In this document: one piece after another, positions 35,443 through 45,361 of the stretch
How positions within the stretch are numbered: position 1 is the first letter of the stretch
Layout of the letters: the number at the start of each line of letters is the position of its first letter
DNA from: Alphaproteobacteria bacterium
Lineage (GTDB): Bacteria; Pseudomonadota; Alphaproteobacteria; Rs-D84
Assembly: GCA_017520675.1 (NCBI GenBank)
Contig: JAFXFG010000003.1
Span: forward strand, 1 to 56,565
DNA length: 56,565 nucleotides
Direction: 5' to 3'
Translations under genes and position numbers: made by a program
Notes under the pieces: model-generated
What the model was told of the DNA's origin: nothing
Seen by the model: the letters and a program-made list of their open reading frames with translations, nothing else
Database searches by the model: none

Positions 35443-35524
35443 GGTTAATAAAGTAAACTGTTAGTGTTGGTGGATTTTATTCTGGAATTTAACCAACCTC
35501 TGACAAAATAAAAGGCAAAAAAAA

Positions 35525-36250
35525 ATGAAACGTAGCGGATTAATTACAACAAAAATTGGAATGACGCGTCTTTATGATGATGGCGGTGTCGCACATCCTG
35601 TAACAGTCTTGGCTGTTGGTGATTGCGCGGTTATTGGAAATCGTACTCAGGAAAAAAATGGGTATGTAGCAAATATTTTGGGTTTGCGTGAAGCAAAAGC
35701 AAAGCATGTTGCAAAACCACAATTGGTGGCAGCAGAAAAAGCAGGCGTTAAGCCATATCGCAAGGTTGTAGAATTCCGTGTATCGGATGATTGTGTTATT
35801 CCAACAGGTACACAATTATTAGCATCTCATTTTGTTGCCGGTCAATTCGTTGATGTGCAAGCAACAAGTAAAGGTAAGGGCTATCAGGGTGGTATGAAAC
35901 GTCATAACTTTGGCGGTAAGGAAGCAACCCACGGTGTTTTGAAAGCACACCGCTCGATTGGTAGTACTGGTATGCGTGAATGGCCAGGTCGTGTATTGAA
36001 AGGTAAAAAGATGCCTGGACAGATGGGAAATGAAACCGTAACTGTTCAGAACTTGAAAGTGTTCGGTACAGATGAAGTTGAAAACTTAATCTTCGTTGAA
36101 GGCGCTGTTCCTGGGGCAAATGGTACATTTGTACTGGTTTCAGATGCTGTGAAAAAAGAACACAAGGATTTACCAGTTCCAACAAAGTCTGTTGTTGCAG
36201 AAACAGTTGAAACTGAAACAGCAACCGAAACAGAAGCTGTGGCAGAATAA
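35525..36250 (+). CDS. rplC: 50S ribosomal protein L3 (with acidic T/E-rich C-terminal tail)
   Basis: MKRSGLITTKIGMTRLYDDGG... Confidence 0.96.
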   Translation: MKRSGLITTKIGMTRLYDDGGVAHPVTVLAVGDCAVIGNRTQEKNGYVANILGLREAKAKHVAKPQLVAAEKAGVKPYRKVVEFRVSDDCVIPTGTQLLASHFVAGQFVDVQATSKGKGYQGGMKRHNFGGKEATHGVLKAHRSIGSTGMREWPGRVLKGKKMPGQMGNETVTVQNLKVFGTDEVENLIFVEGAVPGANGTFVLVSDAVKKEHKDLPVPTKSVVAETVETETATETEAVAE

Positions 36251-36280
36251 TAAGTTAACAGCAATAGTGAGGTAATTAAA

Positions 36281-36901
36281 ATGCAATTAGATATTATTAA
36301 TTTTGAAGGTAAAAAAGTTGGTTCTGTTGAACTGACTGATGGCATCTTTGGCTTAGAACCACGCGCAGATATCTTACATCGTGTTGTTACATGGCAACGT
36401 GCAAAACAACGCGCAGGTACACATGCTGTAAAGTCTGTATCTGATGTTGCTGGTAGTGGTAAAAAAGCATTTAAACAGAAAAAGACAGGTAATGCACGTC
36501 AGGGTGAAAGATATAATGTTCATATGCGTGGCGGTGGTGTCGTTCATGGACCAGTTGTACGCGATCATAGTATCGACTTGCCAAAGAAAATTCGTGCATT
36601 GGGCTTGAAAATGGCTTTGTCTTCAAAGTTGAAAGATGGCTCGTTGGTTGTAATCGATTCAGAAAAATTAGAATCTGCAAAAACAAATGCGTTTGCAAAA
36701 CAATTGAAAAAATTGGAAATCGCATCGGCTTTGTTTGTTGGTGCAGCTGAATTAGATGAAAACTTCAAGAAATCAGCGGCAAATATCGCTAATATTGATG
36801 TTTTGCCAACAATTGGTTTGAATGTTTTGGATATCTTGAATCATGAAAAATTGGTTTTGACAGCAGATGCGGTTAAAGCAATTGAAGCAAGATTGGCATA
36901 A
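36281..36901 (+). CDS. rplD: 50S ribosomal protein L4
   Basis: Operon position and GTHAVKSVSDVAGSGKKAFKQKKTGNARQG. Confidence 0.95.
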   Translation: MQLDIINFEGKKVGSVELTDGIFGLEPRADILHRVVTWQRAKQRAGTHAVKSVSDVAGSGKKAFKQKKTGNARQGERYNVHMRGGGVVHGPVVRDHSIDLPKKIRALGLKMALSSKLKDGSLVVIDSEKLESAKTNAFAKQLKKLEIASALFVGAAELDENFKKSAANIANIDVLPTIGLNVLDILNHEKLVLTADAVKAIEARLA

Positions 36902-36925
36902 TTTTAAGAATTGAAGGTAAGCAAA

Positions 36926-37258
36926 ATGGCAGAAAAAAATTTGAATGCAGAGAAAAAAATCGTTGCGACCGCTGGTATTTATGATATACTACGTCGTCCG
37001 ATAATCTCGGAAAAGGCTGCGAAATTGTCTGAAAGCAATGGTGTTGTGTTCGAAGTTGCGGTTTCTGCAACTAAAGAAGATGTAGCACGTGCAGTAGAGG
37101 CAATCTATGGTGTTAAACCATCTAAGGTTAACATCGTTGTTACAAAAGGTAAGGTAAAAACTTTCCGCGGTCGCAGTACTGGTACTCAACGTACAGTAAA
37201 AAAAGCGTATGTATCTTTGCCGGCAGATGCAGAACTGGATTTGTCAGCAAATATATAG
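36926..37258 (+). CDS. rplW: 50S ribosomal protein L23
   Basis: ATG at 36926: MAEKNLNAEKK...YDILRRPIISEKA. Confidence 0.93.
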   Translation: MAEKNLNAEKKIVATAGIYDILRRPIISEKAAKLSESNGVVFEVAVSATKEDVARAVEAIYGVKPSKVNIVVTKGKVKTFRGRSTGTQRTVKKAYVSLPADAELDLSANI

Positions 37259-37332
37259 TATAATAATCAGCCTTGGCAGAGAAACCAGATTAATTGGATG
37301 CTAGTGCTAAGGTAAAAAAAAGGTAAAAAAAA

Positions 37333-38166
37333 ATGGCATTGAAGCATTATAAGCCAACAACACCAGGTACACGTGGTTTAACACAGGTTGATCGCAGTGA
37401 ATTACATCGTGGTGCGCCAGAAAAGGCTTTGACAGTTGGTTTGAAGTCCAAAGGTGGACGTAATAATTTTGGTCATGTAACTGTTCCTCATCAGGGGGGC
37501 GGTCATAAACGTAAATATCGTTTGATTGACTTTAAACGTAAAAAATTAGATGTTCCAGCAACAGTCGTTCGCTTGGAATATGATCCAAATCGTACAGCAT
37601 TTATCGCTTTGATTGAATATGCAGATGGTTTGCGTTCTTATATCTTGGCACCGCGTGATTTAAAAGCAGGCGATGTTGTGGTTTCAGCATCATATGCTGA
37701 TATTAAACCAGGTAATGCGATGCCATTGAAAAATATGCCAATCGGTACAATCGTTCATAACGTTGAATTGAAACCAGGTGCAGGTGGTCAATTGGCACGT
37801 AGTGCTGGTTGTTATGCACAGTTAATGGGTAAAGATGGCGTTTATGCACAGATTAAAATGAACAGTGGTGAGTTGCGTAAGGTTCATTCTGATTGTTTGG
37901 CAACAGTTGGTAGCGTTTCTAATCCAGATCAACGCAATGTCAACTTGGGTAAGGCTGGTCGCGCACGCTGGTTGGGTATCCGCCCATCAGTTCGCGGTAT
38001 GGCAATGAACCCAGTAGATCACCCAATGGGTGGTGGTAATGGTCATTCTAAGGGCCACGAACCGGTATCACGTACAGGTATTCCAGCCAAGGGATATCGT
38101 ACCCGTAGCAATAAACGTACTGCTAAGATGATTATTCGCAGCAGACATTTGGCGAAAAAGAAATAA
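37333..38166 (+). CDS. rplB: 50S ribosomal protein L2
   Basis: [15 protein letters not shown]...[13 protein letters not shown]. Confidence 0.97.
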   Translation: MALKHYKPTTPGTRGLTQVDRSELHRGAPEKALTVGLKSKGGRNNFGHVTVPHQGGGHKRKYRLIDFKRKKLDVPATVVRLEYDPNRTAFIALIEYADGLRSYILAPRDLKAGDVVVSASYADIKPGNAMPLKNMPIGTIVHNVELKPGAGGQLARSAGCYAQLMGKDGVYAQIKMNSGELRKVHSDCLATVGSVSNPDQRNVNLGKAGRARWLGIRPSVRGMAMNPVDHPMGGGNGHSKGHEPVSRTGIPAKGYRTRSNKRTAKMIIRSRHLAKKK

Positions 38167-38184
38167 TATAAAATAACGGAGTAA

Positions 38185-38472
38185 ATGATGTCTCGTTCAG
38201 TATGGAAAGGTCCTTATGTTCATCCTTCTGTTTTGAAAAAGGTAGCAAAAGCTAATGAAAATAATGACCGTAAACCAATTAAAACCTGGTCTCGTGGTAG
38301 TACTATTATTCCACAGATGGTTGGTTTGACTTTTGAAGTTCATAATGGTAATAAGTTTATCCCTGTGTCAATCGTAGAAGATATGATTGGACATAAATTG
38401 GGCGAATTTGCACCAACACGTACTTTCAAAGGCCATGCCGCGAATAAGAAAGCCGCAGCAGGTAAAAAATAA
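38185..38472 (+). CDS. rpsS: 30S ribosomal protein S19
   Basis: M(M)[10 protein letters not shown]. The second ATG at 38188 has better RBS spacing. Confidence 0.95.
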   Translation: MMSRSVWKGPYVHPSVLKKVAKANENNDRKPIKTWSRGSTIIPQMVGLTFEVHNGNKFIPVSIVEDMIGHKLGEFAPTRTFKGHAANKKAAAGKK

Positions 38473-38488
38473 TATAGGGTGGTAAATT

Positions 38489-38890
38489 ATGACAGCAAGA
38501 TATGGAATTAAAGAAAACCAAGTACGCGCATTTAATAAAATGATTCGCGTTAGTCATCAGAAGTTGAATTTGGTTTGCGATTTGGTTCGCAATTTGCCAG
38601 TTGAACGCGCTGTTGATGTCTTGAAATTTTCAAAGAAACGTGTCGCTGGTGAAGTTTTGAAAACTTTGTTGTCTGCGGTCGCAAATGCCGAACACAACAA
38701 AAAGTTGCCAGTTGATACTTTGTTCGTCAAAGAAATTTGGTGTGGCAAAGCATTGACAATGAAACGCATTATGCCAGGACCACATGGTAGTGCACGTCCA
38801 ATTCTGAAACCTTTTTCAAATTTGACAATTGTTTTGGAATCTGGTGTTGCGCCTTCTAAGAAAAAAGCAAAAAAAGAAACAACAAAATAA
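38489..38890 (+). CDS. rplV: 50S ribosomal protein L22
   Basis: Operon position and IRVSHQKLNLVCDLVRNLPVERAVDVLKFS. Confidence 0.95.
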   Translation: MTARYGIKENQVRAFNKMIRVSHQKLNLVCDLVRNLPVERAVDVLKFSKKRVAGEVLKTLLSAVANAEHNKKLPVDTLFVKEIWCGKALTMKRIMPGPHGSARPILKPFSNLTIVLESGVAPSKKKAKKETTK

Positions 38891-38982
38891 ATTAAGTCGT
38901 AGTGGGGCGGTATGGAATGAATTTTCCTGAATAAAGCCAAAGGCTTCAAGAACGCCCCCTATAAACATTAAGGAAAAAGAAA

Positions 38983-39684
38983 ATGGGACAGAAAGTATCA
39001 CCTATTTCATTGCGTGAATTTATCAATAAAATCACTGATTCACGTTGGATTGCAAGTAAGAAAGACTATGCGGCTTTGTTGGCAGAAGACGATAAAATCC
39101 GCAAGTTTATTGAAAAAAAGTTAAAGAAAGCTGGATTGGCAAAGGTTGTTATTGAACGCTTTGCTAAGAAAGTTGTTGTAACTATTCATACCTCTAGACC
39201 TGGTATGATTATTGGTAAGAACGGTGCTGATATCGAAGCTTTGCGTAATGATATCAAGAAATTGGTCAAAAATGATCAAGTTGTCGTAAATATTTACGAA
39301 GTTCGCCGTCCAGACCTGAATGCGCAATTGGTTGCGCAAAATATCGCACAGCAAATCGAAGGTCGTGTTTCTTTTAAACGCGCAATGAAAAAGGCTGTGC
39401 AGAATGCTCAAAAGGCAGGGGCACAAGGTATCAAAGTTATGTGCTCGGGTCGTTTGAATGGTGCTGAAATCGCACGTAGCGAACAAATCCGCGAAGGTCG
39501 TATCCCATTGCATACTTTGCGTGCGGATATTGACTATGCGTCAATTCAGGCAAAAACAACATATGGCGTTATCGGTGTAAAAGTTTGGATTTATACTGGC
39601 GATGTTGTAAACAAAGAAAAATTGGCTTCTGAAATGGCGCGCCCGACTGAATATGCCGGTAGTAGCGAAAGAAAGCACAAATAA
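38983..39684 (+). CDS. rpsC: 30S ribosomal protein S3
   Basis: [11 protein letters not shown]...[15 protein letters not shown] (KH domain). Confidence 0.96.
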   Translation: MGQKVSPISLREFINKITDSRWIASKKDYAALLAEDDKIRKFIEKKLKKAGLAKVVIERFAKKVVVTIHTSRPGMIIGKNGADIEALRNDIKKLVKNDQVVVNIYEVRRPDLNAQLVAQNIAQQIEGRVSFKRAMKKAVQNAQKAGAQGIKVMCSGRLNGAEIARSEQIREGRIPLHTLRADIDYASIQAKTTYGVIGVKVWIYTGDVVNKEKLASEMARPTEYAGSSERKHK

Positions 39685-39722
39685 TAATTAAAGCAAATTA
39701 TTAGAAATTAAGGATTTGTATT

Positions 39723-40136
39723 ATGTTAATGCCAAAGAAAACAAAATTTCGCAAACAGCATAAAGGCCGTATTCACGGTGTTGCGAAAGGTGGCAGTGAA
39801 TTAGCTTTCGGTTCTTTTGGATTGAAGGCTATGTCACCAGAACGTGTAACTGCACGTCAAATCGAAGCGGCACGCCGCGCAATCACTCGTCATATGAGAC
39901 GTATGGGTAAACTGTGGATTCGTATATTTCCAGATGTTCCTGTTACTAAAAAACCTGCCGAAGTTCGTATGGGTAAAGGTAAAGGTGCTGTTGAATATTG
40001 GGTATGTCGTGTAAAACCAGGACGTATCATGTTCGAATTAGACGGTGTTAAACCAGAAGTTGCATACGAAGCTTTTGCTTTGGCGGCTGCAAAATTGCCA
40101 GTCAAAACAAAAATCGTTGAACGTAAAGTTAACTAA
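39723..40136 (+). CDS. rplP: 50S ribosomal protein L16
   Basis: [19 protein letters not shown]. Confidence 0.97.
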   Translation: MLMPKKTKFRKQHKGRIHGVAKGGSELAFGSFGLKAMSPERVTARQIEAARRAITRHMRRMGKLWIRIFPDVPVTKKPAEVRMGKGKGAVEYWVCRVKPGRIMFELDGVKPEVAYEAFALAAAKLPVKTKIVERKVN

Positions 40137-40188
40137 TTAGATTGTGATGTTTGATTGTTAAACATTGCAAGAGAAAAAGGTAGTTAAA

Positions 40189-40380
40189 ATGGCAGAAAAA
40201 AAAGTGGAAAACGAATTGACGATGGAAGCATTGGAAAGCAAGTTGGTTGATTTGAAAAAAGAACAAATGAATCAGCGCTTTCAACATGCTGCTGGTCAGA
40301 TGCCAAAAACACACGTTATGCGTCAGACCCGTCGTAAAATTGCACGCGTTAAAACAAAGTTGAATGCTGCAAAAAAATAA
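40189..40380 (+). CDS. rpmC: 50S ribosomal protein L29
   Basis: ATG at 40189; 63 aa, ...LESKLVDLKKEQMNQRFQHAAGQM. Confidence 0.9.
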   Translation: MAEKKVENELTMEALESKLVDLKKEQMNQRFQHAAGQMPKTHVMRQTRRKIARVKTKLNAAKK

Positions 40381-40539
40381 TGTAATTGCTGATTTTTGTT
40401 GATATTTCTAATTTTTTAGGTAATATAGACAGGGTCAGAAAAGTAGAAACAAGGATTTAATCCGCGGTTTTTGTTACGGTGTTTTTAGAATAATACTGTA
40501 AAATCCGTTGGTTAAGCAAACAGTATAAGGACAATAGTT

Positions 40540-40809
40540 ATGCCAAGACGTATACTGCAAGGAACAGTTGTTAGTACAGCAAACGACAAAACTGTCGTTG
40601 TTGAAGTGGAACGTCGTTTCCGTCATCCGCTGTATGGAAAGTTCGTTAAGCAGAATAAGAAATATAAAGCGCACGATGAAAACAATGAATATAAATTGGG
40701 TGAAATCGTTGCAATTGAAGAAAATCGTCCAATCTCTAAGACAAAATCTTGGGTTGTTAAGGGACGCGTTGGTGTTTCTAAGGACGATGCAGTCGAAGTA
40801 GTTGACTAG
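40540..40809 (+). CDS. rpsQ: 30S ribosomal protein S17
   Basis: [34 protein letters not shown]. Confidence 0.95.
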   Translation: MPRRILQGTVVSTANDKTVVVEVERRFRHPLYGKFVKQNKKYKAHDENNEYKLGEIVAIEENRPISKTKSWVVKGRVGVSKDDAVEVVD

Positions 40810-40915
40810 TAATCAACAGGTTCTTTGAGGTCGGTTCGGGATTAAACAGGCGACAGTCGGAACCTATAACAAAGCGGCAAGGGATTGCCTTGAACGCAGG
40901 AAAAGGATTAAAGTT

Positions 40916-41290
40916 ATGATTCAAAATGAAACAGTTATGACAGTTGCTGATAACAGTGGTGCACGTAAAGCAATGTGCATCAAGGTTTTGGGTGGTTCTC
41001 ATCGTCGTTATGCAACTGTTGGCGACAAAATTGTTGTCGCTATTAAAGAAGCCATTCCACGTGGTAAAGTTCAAAAAGGTACTGTACAGCGTGCAATTAT
41101 CGTTCGTACGAAGTTTCCAGTTAAACGTCCAGACGGTTCTATTATCCGTTTTGATGATAATGCAGTTGTTTTGATTAATAAAAACAACTTTGAACCAATT
41201 GGAACTCGTATCTTTGGGCCAATCGCCCGTGAAGTTCGTCGTAAATACGATGTTCAGAAAATTGTGTCTTTGGCACCGGAAGTAATATAA
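40916..41290 (+). CDS. rplN: 50S ribosomal protein L14
   Basis: [28 protein letters not shown]. Confidence 0.97.
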   Translation: MIQNETVMTVADNSGARKAMCIKVLGGSHRRYATVGDKIVVAIKEAIPRGKVQKGTVQRAIIVRTKFPVKRPDGSIIRFDDNAVVLINKNNFEPIGTRIFGPIAREVRRKYDVQKIVSLAPEVI

Positions 41291-41311
41291 TAACAGATGG
41301 AAGGTCATAAA

Positions 41312-41614
41312 ATGAAAATTAAAAAAGGCGATGAAGTCGTAGTTATTTCAGGGAAATATAAAGGCGTCAAAGGTAAAGTACTGGAAGCACGCCCAACAGA
41401 AGAACGTGTTGTCGTAGAAGGTGTTAATCGTCGTAAATGGCACGTTAAACCAACACAAGAACAGCCAGGTCATATCATTGATCGCGAAGCGCCAATTCAT
41501 GTATCTAATGTTGCAATAGTTGATCCAAAAACTAAAAAAGCAACACGTGTTGGATACAAATTGGAAAATGGTAAGAAAGTTCGCGTTGCAAAAAAATCTG
41601 GTGCGGAAATATAA
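41312..41614 (+). CDS. rplX: 50S ribosomal protein L24
   Basis: ATG at 41312: [23 protein letters not shown]. Confidence 0.95.
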   Translation: MKIKKGDEVVVISGKYKGVKGKVLEARPTEERVVVEGVNRRKWHVKPTQEQPGHIIDREAPIHVSNVAIVDPKTKKATRVGYKLENGKKVRVAKKSGAEI

Positions 41615-41626
41615 GTTTAGTAAATT

Positions 41627-41652
41627 GTTGCCCGCTGTTACGGGAACACAAC
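41627..41652 (+). promoter_or_regulatory. conserved hairpin (cccg ctgtta cggg) in the rplX-rplE spacer
   Basis: Shares the exact 15-mer ccgctgttacgggaa with 43604-43625. Confidence 0.35.
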
Positions 41653-41668
41653 ATTAAGGAAAAAAGAA

Positions 41669-42214
41669 ATGCAAAGCAGATTGCGTGAAATTTATGAAAA
41701 AGATATTGTACCAGAATTAATTAAGGAATTCGGTTACAAGAATACTTTGGCTGTGCCAAAACTGACAAAGATTGTTTTGAATATGGGTGTTGGTGAAGCC
41801 GTTTCTGATAAAAAGAAATTGGATGCTGCTACGACTGATTTGACAGCGATTGCAGCACAAAAGGCTGTTATAACACGCGCAAAGAAATCAATTGCAACAT
41901 ATCGTTTGCGTGAAGGTCAGGCCATTGGTACAAAAGTAACCTTGCGTGGTAAAAGAATGTATGATTTCTTGGATAAGTTAATCACAGTTGCATTGCCACG
42001 AGTAAAAGACTTCCGCGGGTTGTCTAAATCGAAATTTGATGGACGTGGAAATTATGCTTTTGGAATCAAGGAACATTTGATTTTCCCAGAAATTTCTGTT
42101 GATAAAATTGATGCTATTCGCGGTATGGATATCGTGATTGCAACAACGGCAAAAACAGATGATGAAGCACGTGCATTGCTGACTAAAATCGGCTTGCCAT
42201 TGGTTTTGAAATAA
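41669..42214 (+). CDS. rplE: 50S ribosomal protein L5
   Basis: [25 protein letters not shown]. Confidence 0.96.
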   Translation: MQSRLREIYEKDIVPELIKEFGYKNTLAVPKLTKIVLNMGVGEAVSDKKKLDAATTDLTAIAAQKAVITRAKKSIATYRLREGQAIGTKVTLRGKRMYDFLDKLITVALPRVKDFRGLSKSKFDGRGNYAFGIKEHLIFPEISVDKIDAIRGMDIVIATTAKTDDEARALLTKIGLPLVLK

Positions 42215-42233
42215 TTAAAAAAGGTAAAAAAAG

Positions 42234-42536
42234 ATGGCTAAATTAGCGTTAATCAATAAACAAAAAAGACGTGAAAAGCTGGTTGCACAGTATGCAAAAA
42301 AACGCGAAAATATCAAAGCGAAAATGTCTGTTAGTGCAACACCAGAAGAAAGAATTGATGCAATGAAAAAGTTGGCAAAATTGCCACGTAATGCAAACCC
42401 GACTCGTTTGCGTAATCGTTGCAGTGTAACAGGTCGTTCACGTGGTTTCTCGCGTTTGTTCGGTCTATGTCGTCAACAGGTTCGTACAATGGCAAGTGAA
42501 GGTAAATTGCCAGGTGTACGTAAATCTAGTTGGTAA
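42234..42536 (+). CDS. rpsN: 30S ribosomal protein S14 (long, 100-aa form)
   Basis: [17 protein letters not shown]...[12 protein letters not shown]. Confidence 0.95.
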   Translation: MAKLALINKQKRREKLVAQYAKKRENIKAKMSVSATPEERIDAMKKLAKLPRNANPTRLRNRCSVTGRSRGFSRLFGLCRQQVRTMASEGKLPGVRKSSW

Positions 42537-42623
42537 AATAAACAAAATAACGCAACTGTGGACAATGCAGTTGTTGGTAACAATGCAGGACTTTACTGTT
42601 CTGTGATTTGTAAGGAGTAAAAG

Positions 42624-43022
42624 ATGTCATTATCACACCCAATCGGCGATATGATTACTCGTATTCGTAATGGACAGAATGCAGGTAAGGAAACAATCGT
42701 CGTTCCAAACAGCAAATTGCGTCAAGCAGTTTTAGCTGTCTTGAAAGAAGAAGGTTTTATTACGGACTTTCGTAACGAAAAAATTGACGAACATCGTTCA
42801 AATTTAATCGTTGAATTAAAGTATGTTGGCGGAAATGGTGCAATCCAAGAAATTTCTGTTGTTTCTAAACCTGGACGCCGTGTTTATTCAAGTAGTGCAA
42901 AAATGCCAAAAGTTTTGAATGGTTTAGGTGTTGCGATTGTATCTACACCAAATGGTGTTATGACAGATCACAAAGCGCGCTTGATGAATGTTGGTGGCGA
43001 AGTATTGTGCAAGGTTATATAA
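42624..43022 (+). CDS. rpsH: 30S ribosomal protein S8
   Basis: MSLSHPIGDMITRIRNGQNA. Confidence 0.96.
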   Translation: MSLSHPIGDMITRIRNGQNAGKETIVVPNSKLRQAVLAVLKEEGFITDFRNEKIDEHRSNLIVELKYVGGNGAIQEISVVSKPGRRVYSSSAKMPKVLNGLGVAIVSTPNGVMTDHKARLMNVGGEVLCKVI

Positions 43023-43040
43023 TAAAGCGAGGTTTGAATT

Positions 43041-43592
43041 ATGTCACGTGCAGGAAAATATCCAGTTAAGTTACACGATGGTGTTACAGTCGCAATTGCG
43101 GGTGATGTCGTTGTTGTAAAAGGCCCAAAAGGTGAATTGTCTTTGCCTTTGGATACAAAAAATGCTGGCTTGGTTGATGTTATTATCGAAGAAGGTCAGG
43201 TCGTAATTAATCCAAAAGATGCAGAAGAAAAGTCTTCACGTACAATGTGGGGTACAATGGCACGCAATATTCGTAATGCTGTTGAAGGTGTGTCAAAAGG
43301 TTTTGAAAAACCTATGTACATGAAAGGCGTTGGTTATAAAGCATCTGTGAAGGGTAATCAGTTGGTTCTGGTTGCAGGGTATTCTCATGATGTTATCATG
43401 GATATCCCAGCCGGTTTGACGGTTACTATGGGTGAAACACCAACTGAATTTGTTATCAAGGGCATGGATAAGTGTTTGGTTGGCCAGTTTGCGGATAAAA
43501 TCCATAAGGTACGCAAGCCAGATCCATATAAGGGTAAAGGTATCTTCTATAAGGGTGAAAGAATCCGTCGTAAAGAAGGTAAGAAGAAATAA
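43041..43592 (+). CDS. rplF: 50S ribosomal protein L6
   Basis: MSRAGKYPVKLHDGVTV. Confidence 0.95.
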   Translation: MSRAGKYPVKLHDGVTVAIAGDVVVVKGPKGELSLPLDTKNAGLVDVIIEEGQVVINPKDAEEKSSRTMWGTMARNIRNAVEGVSKGFEKPMYMKGVGYKASVKGNQLVLVAGYSHDVIMDIPAGLTVTMGETPTEFVIKGMDKCLVGQFADKIHKVRKPDPYKGKGIFYKGERIRRKEGKKK

Positions 43593-43603
43593 TAATTAAC
43601 TTT

Positions 43604-43625
43604 GATTTCCGCTGTTACGGGAATC
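43604..43625 (+). promoter_or_regulatory. conserved hairpin (gatttccg ctgtta cgggaatc) in the rplF-rplR spacer
   Basis: Same loop and 15-mer as 41627-41652. Confidence 0.35.
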
Positions 43626-43645
43626 CCAAAAAAGGAAAAAGAAAA

Positions 43646-44002
43646 ATGTTGAAACATTTGAATTCGGAAGAAAGACGTACCTTGGCGAATCGCGGTGCGT
43701 TGAAAAGAAAAAATCCTGGCAAGATTCGTTTGTCAGTTTTCCGTTCTGGTCGTCATATTGAAATCCAGGCGATTGATGACACCAAGGGACACACAATCTG
43801 TGCGGCTTCGTCCAAAGAAAAGGCGTTTGCAGGCAAGGGTTGGAATGTTGCCGGTGCCGAATTGGTTGGCAAGGCATTTGCAGAACGTGTAGTGGCTGCA
43901 AATATTGCTGACAATTGTTATTTTGATCGCGGTGGTTATCGCTATCATGGTCGTGTTAAGGCACTGTGCGAAGCAATCCGCGCAGGTGGCGTAAGAATAT
44001 AA
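43646..44002 (+). CDS. rplR: 50S ribosomal protein L18
   Basis: Operon position and RLSVFRSGRHIEIQAIDD...FDRGGYRYHGRVKAL. Confidence 0.95.
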   Translation: MLKHLNSEERRTLANRGALKRKNPGKIRLSVFRSGRHIEIQAIDDTKGHTICAASSKEKAFAGKGWNVAGAELVGKAFAERVVAANIADNCYFDRGGYRYHGRVKALCEAIRAGGVRI

Positions 44003-44025
44003 TTTGAATAAGACGGAGTATATAA

Positions 44026-44580
44026 ATGGCACGTTTTGATGATAAAAAATTACAGACAGATAACTTGGTAGATAAATTGGTTTCTATCAACCGTGTATCA
44101 AAGACTGTAAAAGGTGGTCGTAATATGTCTTTCTCGGCCTTGGTTGTGGTCGGTGATAAGGCTGGACGCGTTGGATTTGGCAAGGGTAAGGCCTTGGAAG
44201 TTCAATCTGCTGTTCAAAAAGCGACAAAGGCAGCAAAAGCAAAAATGATGCGTGTTCCTTTGAAAGAAGGTCGCACTTTGCATCATGATAGTGCTGCAAA
44301 ATATGGTGCAAGTAAGTTGGTTGTACGTAGTGCTGTTCCAGGTACTGGTATTATTGCTGGTGGTGCATTGCGTGCTGTATTTGAATGCTTGGGTGTACAG
44401 GACGTTGTTGTTAAATCACAGGGTTCTAATAATCCAAACAATATGATTCGTGCTGCTTTCTTGGCGTTCAATAAAATGAATTCTCCAAAGACAGTTGCTG
44501 CGCGTCGTGGTAAAACAGTTGCAGAAATTATCGCAGGTCGTGATGGTAAAAAATTAGAAGTCGCGACAGAAGATAAATAG
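44026..44580 (+). CDS. rpsE: 30S ribosomal protein S5
   Basis: [27 protein letters not shown]. Confidence 0.96.
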   Translation: MARFDDKKLQTDNLVDKLVSINRVSKTVKGGRNMSFSALVVVGDKAGRVGFGKGKALEVQSAVQKATKAAKAKMMRVPLKEGRTLHHDSAAKYGASKLVVRSAVPGTGIIAGGALRAVFECLGVQDVVVKSQGSNNPNNMIRAAFLAFNKMNSPKTVAARRGKTVAEIIAGRDGKKLEVATEDK

Positions 44581-44610
44581 TCTGGACAAAAGATAATAGG
44601 AGTTTGAATT

Positions 44611-44787
44611 ATGGCTAAAATAGTTCTAAAACAAGTTAAAAGTACTATCGGTCGTCCAGAAGCCCAAGTGAAGATTGTAAAGGCTTTGGGGTTGGGACGC
44701 GTTGGCAAAACCAAGGAAGTTACAGATTCTGAATCTGTACGCGGTATGGTTGCCAAAGTTTCTCACTTGGTAGAAGTGGCTGAATAA
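44611..44787 (+). CDS. rpmD: 50S ribosomal protein L30
   Basis: Not in the ORF track (58 aa). My own translation is MAKIVLKQVKSTIGRPEAQVKIVKALGLGRVGKTKEVTDSESVRGMVAKVSHLVEVAE, with RBS taggag upstream. Confidence 0.9.
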   Translation: MAKIVLKQVKSTIGRPEAQVKIVKALGLGRVGKTKEVTDSESVRGMVAKVSHLVEVAE

Positions 44788-44870
44788 TTATAGTAACCGA
44801 GTACGAGAGCACATCTTGTTTTCGTGCGAAAAAAACTACATAGTAGTTATAGGACAAAAAGGAAATAAAA

Positions 44871-45329
44871 ATGAAATTAAGTGCTTTGATGGATAATTTT
44901 GGTGCGCGTCAAAACGCAAGTCGTGTTGGTCGTGGTATGGGCTCGGGCGCTGGTAAAACAGCTGGTCGTGGTCATAAAGGTCAAAAAGCACGCAGCGGTT
45001 CACGTAAACAGGCAACATTTCAAGGTGGACAGATGCCAATCTTGCGTCGTTTCCCAAAATTCGGCTTTAATAATCCATTTGCAAAAGAATATGTAACAAT
45101 TAACTTGGGTGAAATTGAAAAATTCATTGCAACTGGTAGAATTGATCCAAAAGAAGTTATTTCGATTGAATATTTGTTGGCTAAGAAAATCGTAAATCGT
45201 AAAAAAGACGGTTTGAAGATTTTAGGGGCTGGTGATATTAATTCTGCTATTAATGTTGTTGCTGCAAAGTGGTCTAAGACTGCTGAGGCTGCAATTGTTA
45301 AAGCAGGTGGTTCAATTAAAAATAACTAA
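44871..45329 (+). CDS. rplO: 50S ribosomal protein L15
   Basis: MKLSALMDNFGARQNASRVGRGMGSGAGKTAGRGHKGQKARSG. Confidence 0.96.
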   Translation: MKLSALMDNFGARQNASRVGRGMGSGAGKTAGRGHKGQKARSGSRKQATFQGGQMPILRRFPKFGFNNPFAKEYVTINLGEIEKFIATGRIDPKEVISIEYLLAKKIVNRKKDGLKILGAGDINSAINVVAAKWSKTAEAAIVKAGGSIKNN

Positions 45330-45361
45330 TATAAAATTATTCAGGTGTCCAGTTTTACTGG

